A stretch of DNA of 64,000 nt, taken from contig OZ024762.1 of the NCBI GenBank assembly GCA_964016885.1, forward strand, positions 6,138,001-6,202,000. Reading direction: 5' to 3'. The stretch comes from Eledone cirrhosa. Taxonomy: Eukaryota. Position numbers and translations under genes: made by a program. The first letter of the stretch is position 1. Every line of letters begins with the position of its first letter. A model generated the notes under the pieces. It was not told the origin of the DNA and made no database searches. It worked only from the letters and a program-made list of their open reading frames with translations. Below, piece after piece: positions 38,530 through 51,756 of this stretch.

Positions 38530-39226
38530 GTAAGCTTTAAATGTTTTCCTTGTTTCTTGTCATTTTTTTTCATGATTACAGGGCTTATTCTTTTATTGGT
38601 TTCAGGCATTAGAGATAGGCTATGCTGGGGCACTGCTTTTATTTAGTCAATCATATCCCTAGGACTTATTTTCTGGATCACTAGGTTACGTTACATAAAC
38701 ACAAGGACACAGATGGACACACACATATATATATATCAGCGTTTTACATCTATTTATCATACTTGCATGGGTTTGACGTGCTTTCAAGTTAGTCACCTGA
38801 CCTGTCTAGCCTAATACGTCTTGCTCATATGATCTGTTTTGGGCTCGGTTTTATACAGCTGGATGCCCTTCCTAATACCAACCACTTTACAAGGGTGATT
38901 GGGTGTTTTTTGAGTATCAACAGCAGTACCACCTTACAGGGTGGACTGGGTACTTTTTGTAATGGTACCAGCACGATCACTTTACAGGGTGGACTGGGTG
39001 TCTTTTGTCATGGTACTAGAGTGGCCTGTCAAATAGTAATGTTTTACAGTAATGTTTCAACACATTGGGTCTGTGTCAACAGTAAAATAAGTTTTCAACA
39101 TATTGGATCTATGATGATAGTCAATAGAATGTTTTTATAGCAAGTTTTCAGCATATTGGGTTTCTGTTAGTAATAGACCATGATATTATCTGAGTCATAT
39201 ACATTGAACTTTTACAAGTAAACAAA

Positions 39227-40066
39227 ATTTGTTGTGGCAACAGTACAACCATCTTGCAGAGTGGACTGGGTGTTATTTGTTGTGGCATCAGTTCAACCAT
39301 CTTGCAGGGTGTTATTTGTTGTGGCATCAGTTCAACCATCTTGCAGGGTGGACTGGGTGTTATTTGTTGTGGCAACAGTACAACCATCTTGCAGAGTGGA
39401 CTGGGTGTTATTTGTTGTGGCATCAGTTCAACCATCTTGCAGGGTGTTATTTGTTGTGGCATCAGTTCAACCATCTTGCAGGGTGGGCTGGGTGTTATTT
39501 GTTGTGGCAACAGTACAACCATCTTGCAGGGTGGACTGGGTGTTATTTGTTGTGGCATCAGTTCAACCATCTTGCAGGGTGGACTGGGTGTTATTTGTTG
39601 TGGCAACAGTACAACCATCTTGCAGAGTGGACTGGGTGTTATTTGTTGTGGCATCAGTTCAACCATCTTGCAGGGTGGACTGGGTGTTATTTATTGTGGC
39701 ATCAGTTCAACCATCTTGCAGGGTGGACTGGGTGTTATTTGTTGTGGCATCAGTTCAACCATCTTGCAGGGTGGACTGGGTGTTATTTGTTGTGCCATCA
39801 GTTCAACCATCTTGCAGGGTGGACTGGGTGTTATTTATTGTGGCATCAGTTCAACCATCTTGCAGGGTGGACTGGGTGTTATTTGTTGTGGCATCAGTTC
39901 AACCATCTTGCAGGGTGGACTGGGTGTTATTTGTTGTGGCATCAGTTCAACCATCTTGCAGGGTGGACTGGGTGTTATTTGTTGTGGCATCAGTTCAACC
40001 ATCTTGCAGGGTGGACTGGGTGTTATTTGTTGTGGCATCAGTTCAACCATCTTGCAGGGTGGACTG
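39227..40066 (+). repeat. 48/39-bp minisatellite in PSMB7 intron 5
   Basis: Unit GGGTGGACTGGGTGTTATTTGTTGTGGCATCAGTTCAACCATCTTGCA, about 18 copies. Confidence 0.97.
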
Positions 40067-40169
40067 ACTAATATAAATCGTTGATAGCAGTAAACTAATA
40101 ATTCTACTATAACAATTGTATTAATGTTGTTATTGTTGATTCAATGTTATTATTATTGCTCACCTATAG

Positions 40170-40228
40170 GATCTGGAAGTCTTGCGGCAATGTCTGTTTT
40201 TGAAGAAAGATTCAAGAAAAATATGACT
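40170..40228 (+). CDS. PSMB7: PSMB7 exon 6 (GSGSLAAMSVFEERFKKNMT)
   Basis: ctatag| acceptor and |gtaaga donor. Confidence 0.96.
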
Positions 40229-41558
40229 GTAAGAACCATTGACTTTATTTCCAAATTTCTCTACATTTTCTTTAACCCTAGCTAAGAGGGAAAGTGGACA
40301 TTAAACGACAATGATGACGGTGGCACTGATGGTGATGTTGATCGTAGTATTGATGATGGTCTCTGTCAGAAAAGAAGCTGGTCAAATGGCAGTTGTTAAT
40401 GCATCTAATTTGTTATTTATTCTGGTTCTCTGTGCACTGAGTACCAAAGTTCCAATCCCACCATGATCAACTTTGCTTTTCCTTCTGGTGTCAATAAAGT
40501 ACCGGTCTATGAACGGTGGATTAGTGGAATTGTTAAACAGTTGGATAGAATGCTTTGTAGTATCTGTTCCAGCCTTGTGAGTTCTGAGTTCAAATCTTCT
40601 TGTCACCAGAAAAAGACTGCCCCCCCCCCCCCCCCCCCATGATTTAAACATACAAGAAACTTATGAAATGTTACCAGCTAAACCTGCATAGGTGTGAGCT
40701 GTGACATAATAGGGCTGGTGCTCCTATCATTTAAACACCCAAGAAACCTCCTATGAGATGTAACCTTGTAGGAAGACAGTTAAAACTACCAATAACATGA
40801 TGGAAATGGGGCTCCTATCATTTAAAGACCCAAGAAACCTATGAAATACAACCAGCTAAACCTGCTTAGGTGTGAGCTGCATCATGACAGGACCGGGTCC
40901 CCTATCATTAGAAGACCCAAGAAACCTTTTATAAGATACAACCAGCTAAACCTGCATAGGTGTGAGCTGTAAATTACATTTTCACCATTTGTTAAAAGTC
41001 TGTGCCAAATAAATACATTGGCTTGTTGTACACCTTTCCAAGTTGATTAGGTGAAGAAGAGATATATAAGTGATTTCTGACAGCAAAAAGTTTCTCTCTA
41101 TGAAAGAATGGCTGGCTGGATGGTTCTTGTGTACAGTGTGTAATGTATGGTAGTGCGACATGGGCAGTGAAGGCTAGAAAGAAATGAAGTGTGATGTTAA
41201 TATGTGAAAGTCGAAGCATTATGCGAGCTGAGAGAGAGGCTGGGTATAAGAGAAATCAGATGTAGTATGCAGAAGAGAAGACTGTATTGGTATAGCCCTG
41301 TAATGCACATGGATGATGATTGTTGAGTGAAGAAATCCCAGTGGAAGGGAGATGCAGTAGAGGAAAACCAGGGCAGAGGTGATCTCAAATCACTAAATTT
41401 CAGAGTCAGGTTGACACAGGACTGAGACAAATGGAGAGAACGCACCCAACCCATGCAAGCTTGGAAAAACGAACATAAAACGGTGATGTTGATGGTGGCA
41501 AAGATGTACATTGAAATTTTTAATTTGTTGAATTTTTTTTTTGTCTTTAATTGTACAG

Positions 41559-41710
41559 TGTGAAGAAGCGAAGCAGTTAGTAAAGGATGCTATTGCTGCA
41601 GGTATCTTCAATGACCTTGGTTCTGGTAGCAATGTTGATCTGTGTATCATCACCAAAGATAAAGTTGACTATGTCCGCCCCTTTGACGTATGCAATATGA
41701 AGGGTAAAAC
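41559..41710 (+). CDS. PSMB7: PSMB7 exon 7 ([27 protein letters not shown])
   Basis: gtacag| acceptor and |gtaagt donor; NDLGSG motif. Confidence 0.97.
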
Positions 41711-42045
41711 GTAAGTTTTTGGTCAAGTCTTCATAAGAAACTATTGGTTGCAATGTTTTTGTGTTGTGTTGCATTCCTTCCCTGTATTGGGTGATGTTTT
41801 ATTGGTAAGCTAGTGTTAATTTAGTAGGAAACTTTTCTGTGGTATTAACAAAGATTGCTCTTTACAAAGGCTGTAATCTAAAGATAATAGCAGTTGACCA
41901 CTGACCTGCTTGTCAACACTGAGAGAAAGAAAGCTAGACAGGGAGGAAAATATCCAATTACTATTCCCCTGCTAAAGTTAGCATAATAATGGTGTGACCA
42001 TTGTTTTTTCTGATGTTTTTCTCATCTTTTTTTTTTCTTTTTCAG

Positions 42046-42163
42046 ATGTGGATCTTACAAATATGAGCCTGGCTCTACTGCAGTTCTATCTAGCAGTACA
42101 TTCAAGATTCCTACTGTTGTGGTGCAGCAGAAAATTACTGGGGAAGATATGGATACATCTTGA
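42046..42163 (+). CDS. PSMB7: PSMB7 exon 8 (CGSYKYEPGSTAVL..EDMDTS*)
   Basis: Strong polypyrimidine tract plus cag| acceptor; beta-2 C-terminal tail ending MDTS; TGA at 42161-42163. Confidence 0.95.
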
Positions 42164-42311
42164 ATAATTTCCTTGTACATTACCACTTTCATTATTATTG
42201 GAAATCACATGTTTATCTAGATCAAATACAATTAAACATTAAAGATTTTTCTTTCTCTCTGAATTCTTTTGTTTGTTTCTTTTATAAAACGTTTTGGAAC
42301 AATTGTTATGC

Positions 42312-42690
42312 TTTAACATCCTGTAAGGATTTAGTAGAAAATATCTAAACACAAGTTTGTTAGTTCAAATGTTTATAGTGTCTTCATTAGTGGACAGATT
42401 GTGAAAATTTGCAGTGTTAACCCTTAATATCCTGTAATGAATTAGAAAATATCTAAAAACTAGTTTGTTAGTTCAAATGTTAGTATATTTATTAGTGGAC
42501 AAATTGTGAATATTTCTAGTATTATTTCTTAACGTCCTGTAATGATTTAGCAGAAAATGTCTAAAAACAGGTTTGTTAATTTAAGTTTTTATAGTATCTT
42601 CACTAGTGGACAGATTGTGAAAATTTGCAATATTAAATCTTAACATCCTGTAATGATTGAGCAGAAAATTTCTAAAACAGGTTTGTTAAT
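42312..42690. repeat. ~110-bp tandem repeat 3' of PSMB7
   Basis: About 3.5 units of TTAACATCCTGTAATGA..GTGGACAGATTGTGAAAATTTGCA; reverse-complement copy at 11265-11490. Confidence 0.8.
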
Positions 42691-44277
42691 CAAAAATCGT
42701 GTCTTTGCTCTGTCTCTTTTCACTGTTCAGTTAAGGTGACACTAACAGACAGCTGAGGGCTAGAGGTATTTTCACTTCTTTGTTAAGGTGATACTGACTG
42801 ACTGTTGTGGGCAGGAGGTGTGTTTTCATTGCTCTACTGAGAAACATTCCATTTTCTTTTCAATTTTTTGTGACATTTTTGAAGCATTTTTTTAACCCAG
42901 CCCAATGGTTGACAGGGCAAATACCTAATGACCAGTCCATCTTTGATTGTGACTATGACTAATGTATTATAACAACCACTGAGGATACTGGCTTGGCTGT
43001 TGAGTGGTAAAGGAGTTTACTTCACAATCATGAAGTGCCCCAACATGGCCATAGTCTAACTCTGTTTTGGCTGTATTCTAATGAAATACACTACTATTTC
43101 AATTAATAAGGAATTTTAATGGATTTAAAAACAAATTATTAAATATTCCCTTACTGATATAGTAATCTAACACTACTTTTATATAAAATTGTGTTGGAAG
43201 ATTTTAATCTAAATCGGACCCCTTTAAAATAGGTTGTTTTGTTTTATAGAACCTGAGCTGGTTTTGGCCAAGCAGATAAAGGTTAATAAATGAAACCAAT
43301 AAAAAGATAAACATTAGAAGAAAGGAATACAACTATTTACCGTATATACTCAAATATAAGCTGACCCTAAAATTTTGTCTGAGAAATGGGCAAACATCCA
43401 AACCTAATTTATGTAGAATTTGAAATTGGTGAAAATCATAAAAATATTGAGCCCGAATATAAGACAATCTCCCATCTGCCATAGATTTTTGGTGACATAT
43501 TCTTTGGCTTATATTTGGGTATAAACGGTATCGATAAATTTAATCAATTTAAACATCCTTATGGAGCTAGTAAGCCATGACAGACTAGAGAGAGGTATCT
43601 TATATTACTTGCAACTGAAAAACAAAGACGAGAGAAACAAGAAAAGTCCTGGGGTTTGTAAAATAGGATGCTCCTGTACCATCTCTTCACATCCCCCTCC
43701 TAATGTCTAGACTAGGTCAACCTCACAGCAAAAAATATTTAATTGGGAATGGCAGAAAAAGAGAGGATGGCAAGAAAGGGTGGGGGAGTTTTAATAATGG
43801 AACCAACAGGAAATTGGAGTATAAAATATTTTACAACAAAGAATCATCTGAAAGGAACAAAAGGAAGAAATCCATACTGAAAAAATAACTCCCTACTACC
43901 ATAGGCGCAGAGCTGGTCAGCCTTCCAGCACATCTCCCTCACCATCCTCAATAATTGTTTCTATTTCTGACACAAGGACAGCAATTTAAAGGGAACAGGA
44001 GAGTCGATTAGATCCCCACTGTGTTACTTGTACTACATTTTATCGACCCTGTAAAGATGAAAAGCAAAGCTAACCTTTGCAGGATTTGAACTCAGAACAT
44101 AAAGGGCTGTAAATATATGCTGCAAAGCATATATAATAGTAATAATTGTTTCTACTTTTGGCACAAGACCAGTACATTACTGGTACTTTATTTTATCGAC
44201 CCCCGTAAGGATGAAAGGCAAAGTTGACCTCGACGGGATTTGAACTCAGAATGGTAAGGGCCGTAACTCTATGCGTC

Positions 44278-44462
44278 ATAGTTATGATTAGGCCTAGAAT
44301 TTAAAGGTACAATATGGCATAAGCCTCCTTTGAGTGCTTGCAAAAATAAATTTCCCCTTCTTTCGGTAAATGAAATTACTCGGAGCGGCTTGTTTCGCCC
44401 TGGGGCCTGCTGTTTTTGACCGCCATATAGTACCTTTAAATTCTCGGCCTAATCATAACTAT
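44278..44462. mobile_element. MITE with ~41-bp TIRs inserted in a SINE
   Basis: ATAGTTATGATTAGGCCTAGAATTTAAAGGTACAATATGGC and its inverse at 44422-44462 (2 mismatches). Confidence 0.75.
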
Positions 44463-45298
44463 TAGATATATCATGCCTCCCTCTACTGGCACTTAAACAA
44501 ATCCCCCTCCTGTGTAAATTAATAGTACTCGTTTGATATAACGATGGCTGACTTCCCACTAGCACACCCGAAGCCTAGAACAGTTACATTCCTCGAGTGC
44601 TCGGAAAAATTGATTTCCATATCTTTCGCTAGACGATTTCACTTGGAATGGTTGACACATGGTTAGGATGGGCTGGCTGGAGTCTGCAGTCGTCGCGTGC
44701 TGTTTGACTGCTAAACAAGGACTTAATCTTTACTCTATATCCCACCCTGAAAACTTATCGAGGATCTCTATAATACACTTAAAATGTTTTCATAAAAGAC
44801 TGTAAATTCTTTAACTAAATCTCACAACCCAAACCATAAATTTTTTTTTTAAACTTTTTAATTTTCTAATTTTTTTTTATTTTATAATTTTAATCTTTAA
44901 TTTAATTTTTTTTAAATTTCATCCTATAAATCTAAACAAAAATTTAACGTTCCAATTTTCTGTTCACACATTATACCATGCAGACGCCCACTATATATAC
45001 CTCTGTTAAGATATAGGTTCTTTAGAATAAAATTTTTTGCAGCAATTCCTAGCCTGATTGTAGCATGACATTAACGCTGACTTTTTTTCTTTGTTTCTGT
45101 CTTTTTTTCTCTTTGACCAGGAGGTTAGTAGCACATTATAAGCTTTCGCCCCCTCACCAGATAGCCTTAAGTAGACCGAATAGCCAGCACTTGAGGGCGA
45201 CCGGCTAAAGTGGAAGATGCTAGATGGTCGGTCGTCCTCGGGTCTATGATTTTCAGCCCCATGGATTTTATCTATTACATTCATTTATTATATTTCGA

Positions 45299-45356
45299 AT
45301 ACCTGATGATATCACCGGATTCATACAGAACCCGGTCATTGAAATGATCATAGTAT
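45299..45356 (+). ncRNA. Minimal type-I hammerhead ribozyme motif (family B)
   Basis: AUAC-CUGAUGA-stem II (ACCGG/CCGGU)-GAAA-UGAUCA-UA-GUAU; stem III is the palindrome AUGAUCAU. Confidence 0.65.
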
Positions 45357-45666
45357 AATAAACCTTTCAAGGATTTACACAAGTCCAGCTTCCTGTTATT
45401 TTATTATAATATTTAACTCCGTACTCGCACCACCAACTACACAAACGAAGACGGTTGAACTGCTTTACGTTGAGTACTCTCCATATTATTACATCAAGAT
45501 TGACCAGCTCTATCCAGTGGTGAACCTTCAAACCTAAATAAATATATATATATATATATATTATAGTTGAGACAGTAAACAAAAAACAAAAAAAAACAAC
45601 GTGGAAGCGAAGAGGCAGTACAAATGTTAATATTAGTTTCACGCTTGAGAGTAAGGGGTGGGGTAC

Positions 45667-45694
45667 GACGTTTCGGGCATAAGCCCTTCATCAG
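45667..45694 (-). ncRNA. Hammerhead-like core (family D), stem I not recovered
   Basis: CUGAUGA-A-GGGC UUAU GCCC-GAAACGUC; a related, more degenerate copy ends at 57000. Confidence 0.4.
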
Positions 45695-46834
45695 GAGAAA
45701 AGTGGGCAGGAAAAGAGGTCTGCGGGTGTGAGGGGCAGTGGTGGAAAGACATTAAAAAGGGGTGGGGGACAAAAGGGAGGGAAAAAATATTTTTTAGAGG
45801 GTAAAAAAAAATATATATATATACATATATATTTTTGTCATTGGTTGTGGAAAAATGATGGAGGTAGGGATGTTGGTATTCAATATTTCAATTATTAATA
45901 ATTCTTACATGTGTTTCCATACAGCAGTGTTTTTAGCCTATGAAATCTTGTTTGTTGTGCCATGGATTACTTCATACTGTGTTAGAAGGTATTATAGCTC
46001 ATCTCTTCAGAGATTATATATGTAAGACCGTTATTTCTCCAATCAGTCCACAAAACACTGAGGAAACACTCTAAACTGAACGCCAACCATCACCCATGAC
46101 TCCTGCTAAACCATCTCGTGAACCACCGTCCTAATTCTGCTAACTGGATGTGGATTGCCCGCCTTCCCAAATTTAGCAAACTGAAAGGTCTACAACAGAC
46201 CTTATCAAGCTGCCGCTGTCATATTACGTAGTTTCTATATAATAAAGCTATTTTGCCTTTCATCCTTACGGGGTCGATAAAATAAAGTACCAGTAATGCA
46301 CTGGGTATTTGCTGGCCTTGTGCCAAAAAGTAGAAACAATTATAATTAACTATCTCATTATTAAGCTGGTGTTTGGTGCATCATTTTACAAAATTTCTTA
46401 CATAATACGATAGAAAGATTTTAGATAAATATATGCATTCGGCTATGCCGCGTCCCCTCAGATGTACTTATCAAAGTTGTATCAACCAGTATCAGTGACA
46501 TAAATACTGTTTGCTCTGTCAGCATAGACAAATGGTTTAGAAGTTCACTTCAATGTGGGGTTGAAAAAACCGTCTAGTCGTGCTGAGGGTATGACAGCCT
46601 CTCTAGGGTTAGTGCTGTTATAAATTTCACCTAGTACCCTCTGTAAAGTAGTTGTTGTTAGGAAGGGCATAAACCAATAGAAACCATGCCAGGGGCTGGC
46701 TTCCTCTACACACAAGTGGAACAAAGAACAACATGGATTACAACAACAACAAAAACAACAATAAATACCTATCGTCTGCTTGCAACTTATAACAAAACTG
46801 TTGTACATCTCAACAGGTTGATTTTATCTGTCAG

Positions 46835-47086
46835 CATCCACCATCACCAACACCACCACTACTACCCCACCATCATCACAACCAACAAGACCACCGTCAT
46901 CACAGCACAGCAGCAGCACCAACACCATCACCACTACCACCGCCATTACCACCACCATCACTACCAACACCACCATCACTACCACCACTATCATCACCAC
47001 AATCACCAATATCAACACCATCATTACCATCGCCTCCACCATAACTATTACTACAACCACCATCACTACTACTACCACCACCACCA
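46835..47086. repeat. (CAC/CAT)n microsatellite
   Basis: Seen directly in the sequence. Confidence 0.9.
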
Positions 47087-47594
47087 AGCTGTCTAGGCGG
47101 CGCATCTTAAATTAGCCATACATTTCCAGGTGATGCTAACTACACACTGCCGTCGCTCAGGTTGAGCTCGGTAGAGACGACAACACAAACTGAACAAGGA
47201 TTTCAATTTATTTAACTTTACATTTTTTACAAAATTTTCTTTATGGTCGCCTGTGGCTGGTGCTCCTCTTACAAACAAAAATCGTCCGGTAAATATACAG
47301 AAACTTCCTTTTCTCTCTCTGTATATATATATGTATGTATATATATATATATATATTATTTTACTATATTCACAGTTGTATAAAAAGAGATATAATAATA
47401 CAATGCTCTTACAGAACGTAGGCACAAACAAATATAATATAGAGGAAAGGGAGTGGGGGGGAAAACAGAAAGAAAGGAAATACACACAACTAGGACCACA
47501 TACAAAAGGCAGGCGAAAGGGGTGGACATCAGAGGGGCTATCAGAGCGAAAGATAACAACATAGCGAAGAGCACTGGGAAACCCCTCTAATAAT

Positions 47595-47808
47595 GTTTGA
47601 GACAGGCCAGCACGTTCGCGGCGTTACCTCTGGTGAGGGCGAGGCTGATGCGCTGGAACAACCGGGCGCCCTCACGAGCATCACCAGTTACTTCAGTTAG
47701 GCGACCCCGCCTGTGGAGATAGGAATCTCGCAGTCAGTAGCCCGACTCCCCCAAACGTCTCGAACGCCACAGACTGGAAAATGTAATTGGCCGACAGATC
47801 ACGGTATT
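47595..47808 (-). mobile_element. CRE-like non-LTR retrotransposon C-terminus (RLE region)
   Basis: YRDLSANYIFQSVAFETFGG..RLTEVTGDAREGARLFQRISLALTRGNAANVL; GC-rich island in AT-rich DNA. Confidence 0.7.
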
Positions 47809-47809
47809 A

Positions 47810-47841
<32 letters not shown>

Positions 47842-48706
47842 AAACAAGTAAGACGGTTACGTTAGTTCATCCCTAAATATTTTATACGTATTTTGAAGTC
47901 CTCTTATTGTTATCGCCATTTCCATCGTTAATATTGCTTATCGTTTTCAAGATGATAATGCAAATCAACATCATCACCATCGTTGTCATCATTTCACAGC
48001 CATCTTCTCTTCTTTCTCTTCATCATCGTGGCCGTCATCATCATCAGCACCATCATTGTTGTCGTCGTCGTCATCGTATTTGTTCTGCTTGTCCCTTAAA
48101 AAAAAACATTTTCTTCTCAGCTTTCTTTTTTTCTTTCCTACCTTCTTTCCTTCCTTCGTCTTTTCATTTTTCATTCATTTTTCATTCATGTAATTTATTC
48201 TTAGAAAAAAAATCATTCTAGCAACAAATTATGATGATGATGATGATGATGATGATTGTTTTTATTGTTATTCTGCTCCTCCCCCTCAACATCATCGTTA
48301 TTGTTAGTGTTATGATTGTTATTATTGTCGGTATTACCCTTTTATCTTTAATATTATTGTCAGTGCGTACGTGTGCGTGCATGTACATGTGAGTATATGT
48401 GTGCGTGCATGTACATGTGTGTCTATGTCCGAGTCTGATGTGTGTACGCGTCTCTCTATACATGTGTGTTTCTCTGTGTAAATGTGTGTGTATGCTGCGT
48501 GTGTCACGGTATATGTGTATGTATGTGTGTCTTCGTTTGTTTAGCTGTAGACCCCTATTGTAGACAGCCAAATGTCTCCCCTACGGCCCTTCCCCTGAAA
48601 ATATACGTAAAATTATGTCATATCACAAAACTAACTGGATACAGAATTTGTGTTGTGATCTAATGCAGATATCAAAGGAAATACATTGATATGTGTATAA
48701 GACCAC

Positions 48707-48780
<74 letters not shown>

Positions 48781-48832
48781 AATTATAAAATAACGGGAGG
48801 CTGGACTGGTGTTATTCATTAAAAGATTTATT

Positions 48833-48890
48833 ATACTATGATCATTTCAGTGACCGGGTTCAGTATGAATCCGGTGACATCATCAGGTAT
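48833..48890 (-). ncRNA. Minimal type-I hammerhead ribozyme motif (family B, second copy)
   Basis: Same fold as 45299-45356, with a compensatory A-U to G-C change in stem II. Confidence 0.65.
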
Positions 48891-49001
48891 TCGAAATTTA
48901 ACAAAGGAATATAATAGACAAAATCCATGGGGCTGAAAAGCAGAGACAAGAGGGTGGCCGAACATTTAGCAGCTTCTAGCCCAGTCAACCGCCCTCAGGT
49001 G

Positions 49002-50045
49002 TACTTAGCACGCAGGGAAGCTGAGAGTAGGAGGTTTCTCAATGTTCTGCGACGGGAAGATCAGAAACGTGCAGTGTTCCACATTGCAAGGCAGTGTGTC
49101 AATGCAAATCATGATGTTGTTGGAGATAAATGTGTCCGGAATGATGCCGGTGTACTTAGTGTCGCGAATGATCAGAAAAAGGAGGCCTGGAAATGTCATT
49201 ATGAGAGACTGATGAATGTGGAGAACGAATGGGAGAAAGAGAGAAATTACCCTCACTAGATCCGACAGAGAGACCAGCTATTGAGATTGACGAATATAGG
49301 ATCCAAGAGGCGATTAAGGAAATGAAAAATGGTAAGGCCGCTGGACCGTCAGGGATAGTTGCTGAGATGCTGAAGGCATCCGGGGACGTAGGCACTAAAC
49401 TGGTTGCACGCATCATCAATCAGGCTATATATGACAGTGTCATACCCAAAGACTGGTGCAGCAGTATTCTCATAAATTGCTACAAAGATAAAGGGGACGC
49501 TCTGGAGAGGAGCAATTATAGGGATATAAAACTGATGGATCAGTTTATGAAAGTGGCCGAAAGGATGTCCTCTTCTTGGTGAGACAATTACAAGAGAGGT
49601 TCTTGGAGAAGAATAAGCCACTATACTTAGCTTTTGTTGACCTAGCGAAGGCCTTTGATAAGGTACCCCGATCTGTCATCTGGTGGTCCCTAAGGAAACT
49701 AGGTGTTGAGGAATGGCTAGTGAGGACAGTGCAAACTTTGTACAGAGGTATTGGCAGTAGAGTGAGGGTAGGAATGGAGTTTAGTGAGGAATTCCAGATA
49801 CAAGTAGGAGTACATCAGGGTTTGCTCCTCAGCCCGCTCTTGTTCATTATAGTACTCCAAGCCATAACAGAGGAGTTTAAGACTGGCTGTCCATGGGAAC
49901 TTCTCTATGCTGACAATCTGGTTCTTATAGCAGAATCAGTAGAGGAGCTAGAGAATAAATTCTGGCTATGGAAACAGCAGTTGGAATTAAGAGGACTGAG
50001 AGTGATCCTAGCTAAGACTAAAGTGTTGATAAGTCGGAAAGAGTA
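49002..50045 (+). mobile_element. RTE-clade LINE reverse-transcriptase pseudogene
   Basis: KAAGPSGI..EMLK, NYRDIKL, FVDLAKAFDKV, GVHQG.LLSPLLF, YADNL (catalytic DD mutated); frameshifts and a deletion. Confidence 0.9.
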
Positions 50046-50262
50046 TGTATTGCTAATAAGTGTTTTTATGGAGGTACCTGGTCTTTCTACTATCTTAATA
50101 TTGAGTTTATGTTTATTTGTAATGTTCATCAATAAACAAATATAAACACACACAGACACCCGGATGTAACACATGCGCAAACTAAGCACACAACACACAC
50201 AAAAACAAGATGGCGTAGGACAGAACAAAGGAGAGGCACAAAAACAAAGAAAAGAATCCCCA

Positions 50263-50305
50263 GTCACTGAAGAGGTCACAGAGTGTGCGACGAAAGAACT
50301 TTGAC
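50263..50305 (+). ncRNA. Hammerhead-like motif (family C)
   Basis: GUCA-CUGAAGA-G-GUC..GAC-GAAA-GAAC-UU-UGAC; 4-bp stem I and one extra purine before stem II. Confidence 0.5.
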
Positions 50306-51697
50306 AATATATAAACAATCATCTGGTTGTGGAACCAACCAACCAACCAACCGGAAATTTATAAATTCCTAAATTTATAAATTTATTATAATAAATTGAA
50401 GTGAAAGCAACTTTTAATTAATTCAGGGCAAAGATACTGCATGCCTTCCCTATAATTAATTATATATATATATAATTAGTAATAATAATAAATGTGAAGA
50501 CTAAAATCCAAAGAGGGCTCAATAAGGATAAATATATATCAAATATATAAGAACCCTAGAGCAAATATTGGCACAAGGCGAGCAATTACCCAGTGTATTA
50601 CTGGTACTTTATTTTATCGACCCCGTAAGGATGAAAGGCAAAGTTAACCTCGTTGCTCTGGGCTCATTGCTTGACGACCTGAAACAGAGGACATGTATAT
50701 AAAATTATGAAGAAAAAAGTTTGATCGCTGCAGAGAGCTAAGATTACAGTTACATACTCCAGGGGGATTACTTTGAAGGAGAAAACTCTTAGTGTGAAGT
50801 TTGAGTTTGAAATAAATCTTTTGTGACATCAGTCACAATAATAATTTACACCTAGAATACTCATTGACTGATTCTATGAAGGAGATCTAGCTATAGAAAT
50901 CATGCCAAAAATGGAATGATTATGCATGATATGGTTATCCCCTTACTGTATAGTCTGTGATATCCTGTTTAACTAAGACAGTGGGTGTAAAATCATGTCT
51001 GTTCATCATCATCATCATCATCAATGTTTAACGTCCGTGTTCCACGCTTGCATGGGTTTGGACGGGGGTTTTCCCACTTGAGGCAAGAGTGATTGTCTTG
51101 CTCGCATAGGACTGTCTGGCAGGTTTTCTACAGTTGGATGCCCTTCCTAACACCAACCACATTTACAGTGTGGGTCTGGGAGGTTTTTACCGTGTTGCCT
51201 ACACGGCCACATTACAGCGTGGACTGTGTGTTTTTTTTGTCGTGACACCTACACGATCTCATTTGTTTCGGCCTGGATGGTGTGGCACCAACATAACTTT
51301 ACATAGGAGGGGGCGGTGTGGATGGGGTGGGGGTGGTGGGACGGGGGTATATTTTGTTAGAGATGCCCACTGACTGTAGTAGGTTTTACTATGTATTTAG
51401 GTCAGGCGGGTCTTCTCTATTACTGAGTACCGCCAAAGGTCTCGGTCCAGTGACATTGTCTTGGAGAGGTGTAAGTGTGTGAGGTCGGAGTTTTTCTAGG
51501 TCTGCCTATTCCGTGGCTACCGTCTATCTTTATTGCCCTGCACTTTGTTATACAGCTATCGACTTTCATGCGCATCACGTGTCCATACCAACGTAGCCTT
51601 CTCTCGAGTAAACAACATCTGATCCCTCTTATTTCTAATTTTTTCCTTAGTTCGTTTATGCTTTGCCGTTCACGTATATTACTATTGCACATCCAGC

Positions 51698-51756
<59 letters not shown>

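Larger units (their letters stand above)
33236..42163 (+). other. PSMB7: PSMB7 (proteasome beta-2, trypsin-like) gene span, 8 coding exons, 275 aa
   Basis: Propeptide GFVFENCRRN..KTG|TTI. Catalytic Thr1 (35761-35763), Asp17, Lys33 and the GSGS motif are intact; Glu53 fits the beta-2 S1 pocket. Confidence 0.97.

Noticed and set aside
39148-40084. ORFs of 170-280 aa with 16-aa repeats
   Set aside because: They come from the 48-bp SINE-derived array inside PSMB7 intron 5, open in all three plus frames.
46686-47105. His-rich ORF; Thr-rich mucin-like ORFs at 10531-10929 and 54955-55365
   Set aside because: They are (CAC)/(ACC) microsatellites, and some start inside SINEs.
50650-50720. Possible orphan minus-strand exons (acceptor near 50682; AAG|GTAAGT donor near 63160)
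   Set aside because: No partner exons or recognisable protein, and both abut repeats. A gene with large introns in 43-64 kb cannot be excluded.
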